From assembly GCA_963731735.1 (NCBI GenBank), contig CAVSWO010000002.1:402891-466890 (forward strand): 64,000 nt of DNA, written 5' to 3'. The stretch's first letter is position 1; each line of letters opens with the position of its first letter. Position numbers and translations under genes: made by a program. This DNA comes from Candidatus Kerfeldbacteria bacterium. GTDB lineage: Bacteria > Patescibacteriota > Patescibacteriia > SBBC01 > CAIJZX01. Below the pieces are notes generated by a model. The model worked only from the letters and a program-made list of their open reading frames with translations. It was not told the origin of the DNA and did no database searches. Of the stretch, positions 38,691-49,396 are shown in pieces.

Positions 38691-40742
38691 CTAGCGTCGC
38701 CGACGGCCAGGCAGTTGCCGCTTGATAACTTTGCCCCGCCCCCGCCCGCCTAGTCCGCCGGTACGTGATGGAGTTGGCAACTGTTTTTCCGCTTCGGCCA
38801 ATTGGTCGCGCAAGAGCGCGGCTTTCTCGAATTCCAGATTGCTGGCGGCCAATTCCATTTTTTCCTTCAGCTGGCGGATCAGGTACCGGAGTTCGTCGGG
38901 CGGAATATCGCTCGGGACTCTTGGGAGATCCTGATCGGGTTTCTTCATGCCCTTGAGATGTTCGTCGCGAATAGCGCGCGTGATGCTGGCGGGGGTAATT
39001 CCATGAGCTTGATTATATGTAGCCTGAATTTTTCGACGGCGCTTGGTTTCGTCAATTGCGCGCAGCATGGAATTAGTCATGCGATCGGCATACATTATGA
39101 CCCGGCCCTCGAGATGTCTGGCGGCCCGGCCCATGACCTGCATCAGCGACGTTTCCGAGCGCAGAAAGCCCTCCTTATCGGCATCAAGAATTGCCACCAG
39201 CGAGACTTCTGGTAAATCCAGCCCCTCCCGAAGCAAGTTAATCCCGACCACTACATCATATTTCCCAAGCCGCAGGTCGCGCAGAATTTCCAGCCGTTCA
39301 AAAGTTTCGACTTCTGAGTGTAAATACTGAACCTTGATTTTCATTTCTTCCAAATAATCTTTCAAGTCTTCGGCCATCCGCTTGGTCAAGGTGGTGACGA
39401 GAACCCGCTGGCCCTTTTTGGTGGTAGCCTTGATTTCCTCTACCAAGTCGTCAACTTGGTGTTTGAGCGGCCGGACGGCCACGTCCGGATCGAGTAAACC
39501 GGTCGGACGAATCAATTGCTCCACCACTTGTTTTGATTCTTGGAGCTCAAAATCAGCCGGTGTGGCCGAGACGTAAATGCGCTGCCCGACTCGCTGGCTA
39601 AATTCGTCGTACTGCAGCGGCCGATTGTCGAGTGCCGAGGGTAAACGAAAACCATAATCAACCAGGGTGGTTTTTCGCGACCGATCTCCGGCATACATGG
39701 CCCGAATTTGCGGTAGCGTGACATGCGACTCATCAATAAACAGCAAATAGTCTTTTGGAAAGTAATCCAGCAAGGTGGCCGGCGGTTGTCCGGAATTTCG
39801 AAAATCGAAATACCGCGAATAATTCTCAATGCCCGTGCAATAACCGGTGGTTTCCATCATTTCAAGGTCGAAGGTAGTTCGTTGTTCAAGTCGCTCAGCT
39901 TCGAGGGGGCGATCATGTTGCTTATACCAGGCCACCCGTTCCCGCATTTCCTGTCGAATAGTCGAGATTATTTTTGGCAACTGTTCCTCAATGGTTACGA
40001 ACTGGCGGCCTGGATAGAGGGTGGTTTGTTTGAGCTTTTCGACCACTGCTCCGGTCAACGGGTCAATCACACGCAAACTGGCCAACTTCGCATCATCAAA
40101 CACCAGGCGCAAGGCGGTCTCGGCATAGGCCGGAAAGATGTCAATAATTTCCCCCCGGACGCGGAAGGTGGCGCGTTGAAAGTCGTAATCATTTCTTTGG
40201 TACAGGGCCAAGGTCAATTGACGCAGGAAGGCGGTCCGCGGATAAGAATTTCCAACTTCGAGCGGGATGGAAACCTGCTGGTACTTTTGTGGATTACCCA
40301 ATCCGTAAATGCATGAAACCGAAGCCACGATCAGCACGTCCCGGCGCGTCAGCAGCGCGTGGGTGGCGGCGTTCCGCAGGCGATCAATTTCTTCATTGAT
40401 TTCCGATTCTTTCTCAATATACAAATCTTTCTGCGGAACATAGGCTTCTGGTTGGTAGTAATCGTAATAGGAGACGAAATAGTGTACCGCATTGTGCGGG
40501 AAAAATTCCTGAAATTCGGCGGCCAGTTGCGCCGCCAGGGTCTTGTTATGGGAAATTACCAGCGTCGGCCGGTTGACCGCCGCGACCACGTTGGCCATGG
40601 TGAAGGTTTTCCCCGACCCGGTCACGCCCAACAGGGTTTGGGCCGGCAGCCCCTGCGCCAATCCACGCTGCAAAGCCGCGATCGCCTGCGGCTGATCGCC
40701 GGTTGGTTGAAATGGAGCCACCAGCGAGAATGTTTTCGCCAT
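38691..40742 (-). CDS. uvrB: excinuclease ABC subunit B
   Basis: GVTGSGKTF Walker A motif, helicase motifs, and the UvrB beta-hairpin and C-terminal UvrC-interaction domain. Confidence 0.95.
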   Translation of the reverse strand: MAKTFSLVAPFQPTGDQPQAIAALQRGLAQGLPAQTLLGVTGSGKTFTMANVVAAVNRPTLVISHNKTLAAQLAAEFQEFFPHNAVHYFVSYYDYYQPEAYVPQKDLYIEKESEINEEIDRLRNAATHALLTRRDVLIVASVSCIYGLGNPQKYQQVSIPLEVGNSYPRTAFLRQLTLALYQRNDYDFQRATFRVRGEIIDIFPAYAETALRLVFDDAKLASLRVIDPLTGAVVEKLKQTTLYPGRQFVTIEEQLPKIISTIRQEMRERVAWYKQHDRPLEAERLEQRTTFDLEMMETTGYCTGIENYSRYFDFRNSGQPPATLLDYFPKDYLLFIDESHVTLPQIRAMYAGDRSRKTTLVDYGFRLPSALDNRPLQYDEFSQRVGQRIYVSATPADFELQESKQVVEQLIRPTGLLDPDVAVRPLKHQVDDLVEEIKATTKKGQRVLVTTLTKRMAEDLKDYLEEMKIKVQYLHSEVETFERLEILRDLRLGKYDVVVGINLLREGLDLPEVSLVAILDADKEGFLRSETSLMQVMGRAARHLEGRVIMYADRMTNSMLRAIDETKRRRKIQATYNQAHGITPASITRAIRDEHLKGMKKPDQDLPRVPSDIPPDELRYLIRQLKEKMELAASNLEFEKAALLRDQLAEAEKQLPTPSRTGGLGGRGRGKVIKRQLPGRRRR

Positions 40743-40824
40743 AATCTGGGTAGCCTAGCATGCATAAAATTGATTTCCAAGTGGCTGGAATTTTCCTTTG
40801 GTTTTCGGTACACTACACGTTGAT

Positions 40825-42444
40825 ATGCCAGCGCGCCGAAAACCTTTGGAAACCAAAACGACCGTGATTGAAAAGGTCCACATTGGCCAGCGAGTTTCCA
40901 TTGGCCTGATTGCAATTTCACTCAGCCTGATCTCGCTGGCGCTCGGATTGGCGCTATTTAACAGCCCCGCCGCGTTACTGATTGTGCCTACCCCGGCGCC
41001 GTTAACCGCTTCGTCGGCGTCGGCGGTCACGTTGACCTGGACGGCGCCGGGCGACGACGGCAACACGGGCCAGGCCACCGGCTACCAATTGCGTTATTCA
41101 ACCAGTCCGCTGACAGCTGCAAACTTTGCGTCGGCGACGGTCGTTTCTCCGACCCCGATTCCGCAACCGGCAGGCAGTACGGAAACATACACCGTGACGG
41201 GCCTGCAACCTTCAACCACCTATTTTTTCGGATTAAAAAGTTATGATGAGGCGGGGAACACCTCAGTAATTTCTAACATTGCCACGAAAACCACCGATGC
41301 CCTGCCCGAGGCATGTGTGCCAACCTATACGTGTACCAGTTGGTCGGCCTGTACGAACGGCACGCAGACCCGTACCTGCTCAGTCACGAATGGTTGTGCA
41401 TCAAATGTCGATCAACCCGTCATCACCCAGAGCTGTACCAGCCCGTCGCCGGATGCGTTGACTGGCGCGGGTGGCACGATTGGGGAGATAGACAACCCAA
41501 TGGTCGTAGCCGGCGTGGCACAGCGGACTATTCCAGTGGTGCGGACAATAAATTATATCAGCGGCCGGGTGCTGCGTGAGTGGCTGGTGTTTTCTCGGAC
41601 TGATCGGAACGGCACGCACGTCGCGACCGGTGATGTAACCGGAGACCATCGGGCGGACGTGGTGGTCGGTACGGGGATTGGGAGCGACCCATTAGTGAAA
41701 ATTTATACTGATGCGGGTGAGCTCCTAACGCAATTTGATCCGTATCAGACTAGTCGGGGAATCGGCGTCTACGTGGCTACCGGTGACATCGATGGAGACG
41801 GCGTGGATGAAATCATTACCGTGCCGTCGCGTTCAGCCGCGCATATCCGAGTTTTCCGCTATAGTCCCGCTCAACATCGCGTGAACGCGGTGACGCAAGC
41901 CTTTGCCTATGATTCAAGTCAACGGAATGGATTTAGTTTAGCGGTTGGCGATCTTGATTTGGATGGTAAGGATGAAATCGCGATTGCCGCCCGAACAAAC
42001 GCGCTGACCGTCAGTGTCTTTGATTACGGTGCGGATAAAGCGTTGCACCGGGTCAGTAAGTTTGTGCCCTATGGTCGACTATTTGAGAGCGGCATTACAT
42101 TGGCGATTGGCGATATCAACGGCGACGGACGCGGCGATATCGTAACGGCTCCCGGTCCGAATCTGTATACGCACATCAAAGTCTTCACTGAACAGGGTCA
42201 GGAACTGGCCGGATTTTTACCGACCTCAACCGCTTACCGGGGCGGTGTTGATTTGGCCACATCCGATATCAATCACGACGGTAAGGATGAGATTATTACC
42301 GGCTCGTACGGCCACGGCGATCCCGGTGTTTGGGCGTTCCGCTACAGTGGCCTGACCAAACATTTTGAACGGATCAAAGCCATGTTCGTCTATCCGCGGA
42401 CCATGCAAGACGGCTTACGAATTGATGCCACCCCGCACACATGA
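40825..42444 (+). CDS. membrane-anchored FN3 + FG-GAP repeat (integrin-alpha-like) protein
   Basis: TM helix; FN3-like LTWTAPGDDGNTGQATGYQLRYS; repeated GDxxGDGxxD(I/V) FG-GAP motifs. Confidence 0.6.
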   Translation: MPARRKPLETKTTVIEKVHIGQRVSIGLIAISLSLISLALGLALFNSPAALLIVPTPAPLTASSASAVTLTWTAPGDDGNTGQATGYQLRYSTSPLTAANFASATVVSPTPIPQPAGSTETYTVTGLQPSTTYFFGLKSYDEAGNTSVISNIATKTTDALPEACVPTYTCTSWSACTNGTQTRTCSVTNGCASNVDQPVITQSCTSPSPDALTGAGGTIGEIDNPMVVAGVAQRTIPVVRTINYISGRVLREWLVFSRTDRNGTHVATGDVTGDHRADVVVGTGIGSDPLVKIYTDAGELLTQFDPYQTSRGIGVYVATGDIDGDGVDEIITVPSRSAAHIRVFRYSPAQHRVNAVTQAFAYDSSQRNGFSLAVGDLDLDGKDEIAIAARTNALTVSVFDYGADKALHRVSKFVPYGRLFESGITLAIGDINGDGRGDIVTAPGPNLYTHIKVFTEQGQELAGFLPTSTAYRGGVDLATSDINHDGKDEIITGSYGHGDPGVWAFRYSGLTKHFERIKAMFVYPRTMQDGLRIDATPHT

Positions 42445-42998
42445 TTGCTTCGTTGACCGGCCAGGTAAAAGATCGGGACGCGCGATCGCTGGTTTTGGAT
42501 ATTCACGGGGTCGGTATGCGGGTGGAAGTTCTGCCGCGGGTTTTTGATCGTGCGCCGGCCGGATCTTCGGTGACGCTCTGGACACATCTCTACGTGCGGG
42601 AAGACGCGCTGGAACTATACGGTTTTCTTGAACGGAATGAATTGCAACTTTTTCAGCAACTGATCGAAATTAGCGGGGTGGGGCCGCGCATGGCGATGGG
42701 CGTTTTGTCGGCCGCCAGCGTCAAAGATCTGGAAGCCGCCATCGAACTTGGTCAATCAACGGTGCTGACCAAAGTTTCCGGAGTAGGCAAAAAAACCGCC
42801 GAGCGGATTATTCTTGAATTGCGCGGGAAATTAGCCGACGTTATGCCCGGTGATGACAGCGACTTATCCGCTACCATTGATGCCTTAACGAGTCTGGGGT
42901 ATTCGGCCCGCGAGGCGCGGGAAGCGGCGGTCGCCACGCCGCCGGAAATGTCAGTTGGCGATCGCGTCAAAACCGCGCTCAAGCAACTCGGACGATAA
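42441..42998 (+). CDS. ruvA: Holliday junction branch migration protein RuvA
   Basis: MIASLTGQV...GVGMRVEV...HhH motifs (ISGVGPRMAMGVL, VSGVGKKTAERI). Confidence 0.85.
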   Translation: MIASLTGQVKDRDARSLVLDIHGVGMRVEVLPRVFDRAPAGSSVTLWTHLYVREDALELYGFLERNELQLFQQLIEISGVGPRMAMGVLSAASVKDLEAAIELGQSTVLTKVSGVGKKTAERIILELRGKLADVMPGDDSDLSATIDALTSLGYSAREAREAAVATPPEMSVGDRVKTALKQLGR

Positions 42999-43001
42999 GG
43001 C

Positions 43002-44003
43002 ATGGAAATTCGTGTCCTGACGCATCCTGACCAAGGGCGAGTCTTGCTGGCGGCTCAACCGCTCCAGCCGTTTTTACAGTCCTGGGCCTGGGGGGAGTTT
43101 CAAGCAGCCGTTGGCCGTCGTGTTTGGCGACTTGGCGCGTGGGAACAGGACCGACTCCTGGCTATGGCGACGGTGATTGAACACCAGCTGGTCTTGGGAC
43201 GCACGTATTTATATTGTCCGCGCGGACCGATCGCGGCTGATGCGCAGTCGCTTGCAACACTCTTGGCGGAGCTGCGGAAGCTGGCTGACCGGGAAGGGGC
43301 GATGTATCTCAAAGTTGATCCACCCAACTATGCGTTTCCATTCGACCCAAAAAGTCTATCAGACTTTACCCCTGGCACTACCTTGCAACCGCGGCAAACC
43401 CTAATCATTGAAACGAAACGCAAGCCCGAAGATTTACTTTCGGCCATGCACCAAAAAACCCGATACAATATCCGATTGGCGGAGAAGCGTGGCGTGAACA
43501 TACAGTGGAGCACGAATGATAGCGCCTTCGCCACCTTTCTTGATCTGATCCACCAAACCTACGCGCGCCAAGGTATCCGACTGCATCCGGATAAGTATTA
43601 TCAGCACATGTTTACGGCCCTCCGAACGGCCGGACTGGTCGAAATCGGAACGGCCGAATACAACGGCCAACCAGTGGCGGCGAACCTGGTCATTTGGCAC
43701 GATCAAACAGCCACCTATCTACACGGTGGATCCAGTCAGGCGCACAAAGAGGTGATGGCGCCGCATTTGTTGCAATGGTCAACCATGCAAAGAGCCCACC
43801 AGCGCGGTTTTTCCGAATACGATTTGTGGGGAATCGCACCCACAGATCAACCATCGCACAAGTGGTCGGGTGTGACGCGCTTCAAAAAAGGCCTTGGTGG
43901 CCATACCGTGGTATTTCCACCTGCCATGAATGCCGTGCTGCAGCCGGGTTGGTATTGGGCTTATCGGTATGCAAAACGGATCCGCGGCGGCGTGGACCAA
44001 TAA
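43002..44003 (+). CDS. FemAB-family (aminoacyl-tRNA-dependent peptidoglycan branch) transferase-like protein
   Basis: FemAB-family length; YLHGGSSQAHKEVMAPHLLQWSTMQRAHQRGFSEYDLWGI. Confidence 0.55.
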   Translation: MEIRVLTHPDQGRVLLAAQPLQPFLQSWAWGEFQAAVGRRVWRLGAWEQDRLLAMATVIEHQLVLGRTYLYCPRGPIAADAQSLATLLAELRKLADREGAMYLKVDPPNYAFPFDPKSLSDFTPGTTLQPRQTLIIETKRKPEDLLSAMHQKTRYNIRLAEKRGVNIQWSTNDSAFATFLDLIHQTYARQGIRLHPDKYYQHMFTALRTAGLVEIGTAEYNGQPVAANLVIWHDQTATYLHGGSSQAHKEVMAPHLLQWSTMQRAHQRGFSEYDLWGIAPTDQPSHKWSGVTRFKKGLGGHTVVFPPAMNAVLQPGWYWAYRYAKRIRGGVDQ

Positions 44004-44127
44004 AACCTTCCCACCATCGAAAAGTTTGGTGATGGTGCCCTTCCACGGTCTTGGAACTGGGCTATAGGGGCATTATAAGGTGGCCTGACCCCCATATACT
44101 AGACACAAGAGTTCAGATTATTTACCC

Positions 44128-44397
44128 TTGTGTCCTATGCCCAAGAAACAATATCGTATTGCTCCGGAGGTGAAGGCGGATATTCTCCGCAAGATTAAAG
44201 AAGATGGTGTCTCCGTCGCCCAAGCGGCCAAAGATCACGGTGTGGCTGAAGGGACGATCTACGGCTGGCTCGGGAAGGGTGTTGAAGGAGCCCCAACGAT
44301 TGCAGACATCATTCGCCTCAAGCGAGAGAACAAACAATTGCTTGAGCTGGTGGGTGAACTGACCGTCAAACTCTCCACCGCCCAAAAAAAGAATTGA
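44128..44397 (+). CDS. IS3-family transposase OrfA (HTH)
   Basis: HTH IKEDGVSVAQAAKDHGVAEGTIYGW, a leucine-zipper-like C-terminus, and a sequence end at the AAAAAAAG frameshift site. Confidence 0.8.
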   Translation: MCPMPKKQYRIAPEVKADILRKIKEDGVSVAQAAKDHGVAEGTIYGWLGKGVEGAPTIADIIRLKRENKQLLELVGELTVKLSTAQKKN

Positions 44398-45218
44398 CCG
44401 TTGGCTCGACGAACAAAACCACCCTGGCCCGCAGCCTGGGAGTGTCCCGTGCGTCACTGTATTACGTTTCCAGACAGGATCAAAAAGACTGGACCCTGAA
44501 GCGCCGCATCGAGGATGTTCTGAACCAATATCCCAGTTATGGTTACCGCCGCATGGCGCTGGCCCTTGAGGTGAACAAGAAACGGACCCAGCGGGTGATG
44601 CACCATTTCGGTCTCCATGCCTATCGCCGCCGAGGCCGACGACACCGGAAAACAAAGGCCAAAAGCCTCATCGTCTATCCCAACCTACTTCGGGAAACGA
44701 CCCCACGCTACCCCGGCCACGTCTGGGCAGCGGATTTTACCTATCTCTGGCACCGGCACCGATTCATCTACCTGGCCACAGTTATGGATCTCTACACTCG
44801 GGAGATCGTGGGCTGGTCCGTGATGACGACCCACACGGTGCCGCTCATTCTCCAAGCACTATTCGTGGGACTGCACGGCCATGCCCGTCCGGCCATCTTT
44901 CATTCGGACAACGGGCGGGAATACCTTTCCCAGGCATTCACTGGCGTCCTGCATGACCTGGGGACGTCCATTTCCCGTTCCCGGCCTGGGTGTCCGTGGG
45001 AGAACGGCTACCAGGAATCCTTCTACTCGCAGTTCAAGGTGGAGCTGGGCGATCCGAACCGGTTTTCCTCACTCGGCACATTGGTCTATGAAATCTACAA
45101 AACCATCCATACGTACAACCACTCCCGGATTCACTCAGCCCTTAAAATGCCGCCGCTACTCTTTCTTCAGCAACACCAAATGATTCCAGAAAAAGTGTCT
45201 TACGTTCGGGGGTCTTGA
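44394..45218 (+). CDS. IS3-family transposase OrfB (DDE integrase core)
   Basis: The rve-fold motifs WAADFTYL, HSDNGREY and PWENGYQESF. Confidence 0.8.
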   Translation: MTVGSTNKTTLARSLGVSRASLYYVSRQDQKDWTLKRRIEDVLNQYPSYGYRRMALALEVNKKRTQRVMHHFGLHAYRRRGRRHRKTKAKSLIVYPNLLRETTPRYPGHVWAADFTYLWHRHRFIYLATVMDLYTREIVGWSVMTTHTVPLILQALFVGLHGHARPAIFHSDNGREYLSQAFTGVLHDLGTSISRSRPGCPWENGYQESFYSQFKVELGDPNRFSSLGTLVYEIYKTIHTYNHSRIHSALKMPPLLFLQQHQMIPEKVSYVRGS

Positions 45219-45269
45219 CATGTCTTTAGCTGTTTTGGTAAAACCTCTTGTTGGTAGGCCAGCGATGGT

Positions 45270-46133
45270 CTAGTCATAAGTTATATCTCCGAGTTTAATC
45301 GCGGGAACTACCCGTCCTTCCCCGTATTCCCCGTATGGTGTATCATCTTTTTTCCCATGGCTATCAGAGCCCCCCGTATAAGACAGACCGCGCTCTCTAA
45401 CAATATTATTCAGTTCCTCCGTTTCTTGGTCATTTGTGTGAGCATGATATACCTCAACACCCGTACACCCACCCTGAATCAATCGTAGTAGATTCGTCGA
45501 GTCTAGCTTTCTTGAGGAAAAGCTTACCTTCACTCGTGGGTGTGCAACTATTAAGTCACCAACGAGTGGCTTAATATGTTCCTTTATCCAATCAAAAGTT
45601 ACGCCGCTCCTTGGCACATGACACGGCTTACCTGGTGCCTGGTAGGCAGTATAAAACTCCTCAGGACCAAGAAGCGTTCCGGTGTTGCTGAGAAGTTTTT
45701 GATGGTTTGTTGGGTTTCGGTAAACATCTCTTGCAACGATATAACCAACCGGCAACTTGGGATCGACCTGCAAACTATCGTTGACCTGAAATCCTTGGTG
45801 TTGAAATGCTTCTGTAGTTTTAATCAACTCTTGTATTTTCATGGAATCAACGATGTTTTTTCGACGCAATAAAACATTTCGCATAGGTTCGAGCTCGAAA
45901 CCATAAGCAATCAAATGGGTTTCATACTCTTCAAATAATGCGGTTAGCTCTACGCCATTAATTACATTGATTCCGGTTCCTGCTAGGGCGCTTTTAAATG
46001 CCAGAACTCCATCTACCGTATCGTGGTCAGTGAGGGCGCAGGTCCTCATTTTTGTTACACGAATTCGGTTAGCGACCTCCTCAGGAGTCAGCTTCCCATC
46101 CGAAATAGAAGAATGAAAATGTAGGTCAATCAT
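45270..46133 (-). CDS. PHP-domain metal-dependent phosphoesterase
   Basis: MIDLHFHSSISDG...LTDHDTVDG...GGSDSHG motifs. Confidence 0.75.
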   Translation of the reverse strand: MIDLHFHSSISDGKLTPEEVANRIRVTKMRTCALTDHDTVDGVLAFKSALAGTGINVINGVELTALFEEYETHLIAYGFELEPMRNVLLRRKNIVDSMKIQELIKTTEAFQHQGFQVNDSLQVDPKLPVGYIVARDVYRNPTNHQKLLSNTGTLLGPEEFYTAYQAPGKPCHVPRSGVTFDWIKEHIKPLVGDLIVAHPRVKVSFSSRKLDSTNLLRLIQGGCTGVEVYHAHTNDQETEELNNIVRERGLSYTGGSDSHGKKDDTPYGEYGEGRVVPAIKLGDITYD

Positions 46134-47127
46134 ATTTTGTAATGCCTAAATCCTGTAGTTCCCGTTGAATTTTAGATTGAACAACTTCTACTTGTCTTAT
46201 GCCATCCTGAGAAGAGGCAGCGGTGGAGTTTTTATGAATATAGCCGTACCGCCACAGCAACGAATTGACCCGAACAAGGTCGTGGTAAATACTTAGTCGG
46301 TCTTCAAGGCCTGAATCTGGATTGACATGCTCATATGTTTGCAGAAAATCTCGAGCCTGATCCGAATTGAGATCACACTTGAGAAAGAATTTTGCAATAT
46401 CCATGGCAGGATCTCCGATCGATGCCGATCCCCAGTCGATGAGTGTAACTGATTCCTTCTTTGGATCCCATAAAATGTTTGACGGGTTGAGGTCAAAATG
46501 AATAAGTGAAAAACTCTCACCGGCGAAAGCGTTGGGGGATTTACCAGCAAGTGTTTTATTATTGTTAATTACTCCTAACAGGGAGCTCCGGAGTTTTTCA
46601 GGAAGGCCCGGTGTAGTTTGCGCACGCTCAGAGAGATCTCCGATTCCATCAAGTAGGAAGTCGTGTTGGTTACCAGCCTTTCTGTTCTCCAGAGGCTTTC
46701 CATATTTATTAAAAATTGGTTGGTGTATTTCCCCCAGTGCTTGAGCAATAACTTGAATGAGTTTGCCGTTAAATTCTTTCGGGGGTTCACCTAGCGCCTT
46801 CGTCTCAACCAAAGTTTCTTGACTCGGAATGAACGCCCTTAGTTCTGGACTGTGTGGGGAGCCAGTTCGCCTCAAGAGTCTTAAGATTACGTGCTCGCGG
46901 TCAATGCTTTGATCCTGTCCGACTTCTTTACCATGCCTTTTTAAAACCAAGTCCTCTCCATTTTGTCGGGTCACAAAAGTCGTGGCAACCGTCCCGTGAT
47001 TTTCTGGTGATTCGTGGAAAATCTTTTCTAGTGATTCTTCATTGAGCCCGATACGACCCAAATCATCTTTTTCTCTTTCGGAGAGAGCCGAATGGGGTTC
47101 TTGCTCTTGGGCAGAGAATTCAGACAT
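46126..47127 (-). CDS. APH/choline-kinase-family phosphotransferase
   Basis: LIHFDLNPSNILW (Brenner motif) and LIDWGSASIGDPAMDIAKF (DxD). 8-nt overlap with the PHP gene. Confidence 0.7.
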   Translation of the reverse strand: MSEFSAQEQEPHSALSEREKDDLGRIGLNEESLEKIFHESPENHGTVATTFVTRQNGEDLVLKRHGKEVGQDQSIDREHVILRLLRRTGSPHSPELRAFIPSQETLVETKALGEPPKEFNGKLIQVIAQALGEIHQPIFNKYGKPLENRKAGNQHDFLLDGIGDLSERAQTTPGLPEKLRSSLLGVINNNKTLAGKSPNAFAGESFSLIHFDLNPSNILWDPKKESVTLIDWGSASIGDPAMDIAKFFLKCDLNSDQARDFLQTYEHVNPDSGLEDRLSIYHDLVRVNSLLWRYGYIHKNSTAASSQDGIRQVEVVQSKIQRELQDLGITKYD

Positions 47128-47214
47128 ATCAACCCCAGTATAGCTGTAATTACTCGAAAAATCAATTTGTAATTGCTTGATTGTTCCAAGAAAATATGAG
47201 AATATTTAGCCATT

Positions 47215-48159
47215 ATGATCCTAGAGAAGAAAACTGTTTTGGTGACAGGTGGGGCAGGGTTTATCGGCCACCATCTTTGTTCAGCGTTACTGTCCAGAGG
47301 CTATAAGGTCCTTTGTCTGGATAATTTTTCTAGTGGGACACCTCAGAACATCAGCCACTTGAAAGGCCATAGAGCATTCGGCCTCATTCGCCACGATATC
47401 GCTAAGCCGATAAGCATACGAGGAAAGATACATTCGATATATAATCTTGCTTCCCCAGCTTCCCCGGTTGATTATCAACGAAGGCCGCTTGACACGCTTA
47501 GAGCTAACACACTTGGTATCTTCAATGTGGCATTTTTGGCCCTGAAAAAGAGGGCAGACTTATTTCAAGCATCTACTTCGGAAATTTACGGCGACCCTCT
47601 CGTCCACCCGCAGATAGAAAGATACTTTGGCAACGTAAACCATCTTGGTTGGAGAGGGTGCTACGAAGAGGGCAAGCGCGTGGCTGAGACAATACTATTT
47701 ACCTTCTACCAAACACAGAATTTAAAACTCCAGATCGTCCGTATTTTTAATACATACGGTCCGGGCATGCGAGCGAATGATGGCCGAGTGATACCTTCCT
47801 TCATTGTTGCAGCAAAACACAACAAACCCATCAGGATCTATGGAGGAAGCCAAACGCGTTCCTTCTGCTACGTTGATGATCTGGTGCTTGGTTTATTGCG
47901 ACTCCAAAATCTGAAACAGTATGCTGGTCCAATTAATTTAGGAAACCCTGAAGAGGCTACTATGTCGGAACTCGCATCGAAGATATTGCTTATGACTAAT
48001 TCCAAAAGCAAAATTACTACCTTACCTAGTCAACTGGATGATCCCAAAAAGCGACGGCCAAATATTGATAAGGCAAAAAAATTGCTACACTGGATACCAA
48101 AAATTCCGTTAGAAAAGGGTTTACAGTCTACCCTTGACGGCCTTATCACGTCTTCATGA
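47215..48159 (+). CDS. NAD-dependent epimerase/dehydratase, UDP-glucuronate decarboxylase (UXS)-like
   Basis: VLVTGGAGFIGHHL, DNFSSG and a YxxxK-type catalytic region. Confidence 0.7.
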   Translation: MILEKKTVLVTGGAGFIGHHLCSALLSRGYKVLCLDNFSSGTPQNISHLKGHRAFGLIRHDIAKPISIRGKIHSIYNLASPASPVDYQRRPLDTLRANTLGIFNVAFLALKKRADLFQASTSEIYGDPLVHPQIERYFGNVNHLGWRGCYEEGKRVAETILFTFYQTQNLKLQIVRIFNTYGPGMRANDGRVIPSFIVAAKHNKPIRIYGGSQTRSFCYVDDLVLGLLRLQNLKQYAGPINLGNPEEATMSELASKILLMTNSKSKITTLPSQLDDPKKRRPNIDKAKKLLHWIPKIPLEKGLQSTLDGLITSS

Positions 48160-48626
48160 GTAAGAAAAAGTTAGCCTATACTCCCACAACCGACGCCGGT
48201 GGCGTTATTGTCCGTAAACACAACGGCCACATTGAGGTTCTACTCTTTCAAGATCAAGAATATGATGACTGGAAACTCCCTAAGGGGCACGCTGAGCCCA
48301 ACGAGACACTCGAGCAAACCGCTCAAAGGGAAATTCTTGAAGAGGTTGGTGTGACAAACGTGTACCTTCACGGGCTTCTCGACACACTTGATCTGAATGA
48401 ACTGGGCATCAAGCATAAATTCAAAGACGAGGTGACGCGATACAACAGGTTCCGGAAAATCGCCTTGGGCAAGAGCAAAGAAAAGGAATCCGGGGAAACC
48501 TTCGATATGAAGGCCTATGCCGTCTACCTTCTGACCGAGGGATCAATAGCGGAGAAACGAGAATTACTAGCGAATCTCAAGAGTAGGCTGACGATGAAAA
48601 ATAAAGTGCTGGCGCTAGAGAAATAA
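48156..48626 (+). CDS. NUDIX hydrolase
   Basis: Nudix box GHAEPNETLEQTAQREILEEVGV. ATGA overlap with the epimerase gene. Confidence 0.8.
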   Translation: MSKKKLAYTPTTDAGGVIVRKHNGHIEVLLFQDQEYDDWKLPKGHAEPNETLEQTAQREILEEVGVTNVYLHGLLDTLDLNELGIKHKFKDEVTRYNRFRKIALGKSKEKESGETFDMKAYAVYLLTEGSIAEKRELLANLKSRLTMKNKVLALEK

Positions 48627-48634
48627 TAAACTAC

Positions 48635-49351
48635 TTATTCGGCAGCACTCATAGAGATGTTTCTTTGATACATTTTTGCTTCTCCTGTTTCAGGATCCTG
48701 TACAACGTTCTCGACTTTCTTCTTCTCCGTATCCCAGGACACGGGTTCATCCAATGAATAGGCATAAAATGGGCGGATGCCTCTACCGGCGAATTCCAAC
48801 GTTCTGAAAACATAGTTCAGGAATGAACCGGTATACCGATACCGACGAATACAGCCTTCTAACTGTCGTTGAGCTTCTTCTTCGTACCCTTGCCAACGAT
48901 TGAGAAAGTAATACTTTTCCAGCCAGTCGCTGATAGTATAAGTGACCAACTTGATGACCTCGTTTTTGGCCGAGAGATTACCACGCTGGGCTAAGCGCAC
49001 CAGCGTGATGCTAATAATGTCTCTGGTGCGCCGGTCAGTCAGGTCTTGCGGAGCGATAAACACATAAAGCTTATTCCGATATTTACTTGTAACTGCATCA
49101 ACCTCTACAATGTTCTCATACGGGATTGGATTCTGACGTGACCGTCCTGGAGCCCAGCGTCGTTGGTACTTCCACTCCAAGGCATAGGTGACTGTATCCC
49201 AATCAATGCCGCCAGTTTCCGCTCTTACATTTCTCCAAATGAATCGGTAACAATGGGGGGCGTATTTTAATATCCAAGAACTATTGAATGACAGAGGGCT
49301 TTTCTTTACTAACAATTTGTTGAGAGTTATAATCACATCATCGAAATGCAT
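48635..49351 (-). CDS. hypothetical protein (island-borne)
   Basis: 238-aa ORF in low-GC DNA. No family recognised. Confidence 0.4.
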   Translation of the reverse strand: MHFDDVIITLNKLLVKKSPLSFNSSWILKYAPHCYRFIWRNVRAETGGIDWDTVTYALEWKYQRRWAPGRSRQNPIPYENIVEVDAVTSKYRNKLYVFIAPQDLTDRRTRDIISITLVRLAQRGNLSAKNEVIKLVTYTISDWLEKYYFLNRWQGYEEEAQRQLEGCIRRYRYTGSFLNYVFRTLEFAGRGIRPFYAYSLDEPVSWDTEKKKVENVVQDPETGEAKMYQRNISMSAAE

Positions 49352-49365
49352 TGATTCATTGTATC

Positions 49366-49396
49366 GTAAAAACAGTCGCGATTATGCCACTGTTTT
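49366..49396. terminator. 11-bp stem hairpin downstream of tRNA-Arg
   Basis: gtaaaaacagt-cgcgattatgcc-actgtttttac. Confidence 0.4.

Larger units (their letters stand above)
44088..45220 (+). mobile_element. IS3-family insertion sequence (orfA/orfB with A7G -1 frameshift site)
   Basis: TG...CA termini; imperfect terminal repeats TGACCCCC..TAGACAC / GTGTCTTAcgttcGGGGGTcttgACA; slippery CCCAAAAAAAG at the orfA/orfB junction. Confidence 0.7.

Noticed and set aside
44122-44655. 177-aa minus-strand ORF
   Set aside because: Antisense to the IS3 transposase genes; Gly/Pro-rich with low-complexity translation.
44004-45270. Direct-repeat attachment site matching the tRNA-Arg 3' end at the far side of the island
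   Set aside because: Only a weak similarity (TGGCCTGACCCCCA versus TGGTGCCCCCCA) near the IS left end. This is not sufficient to call an att site.
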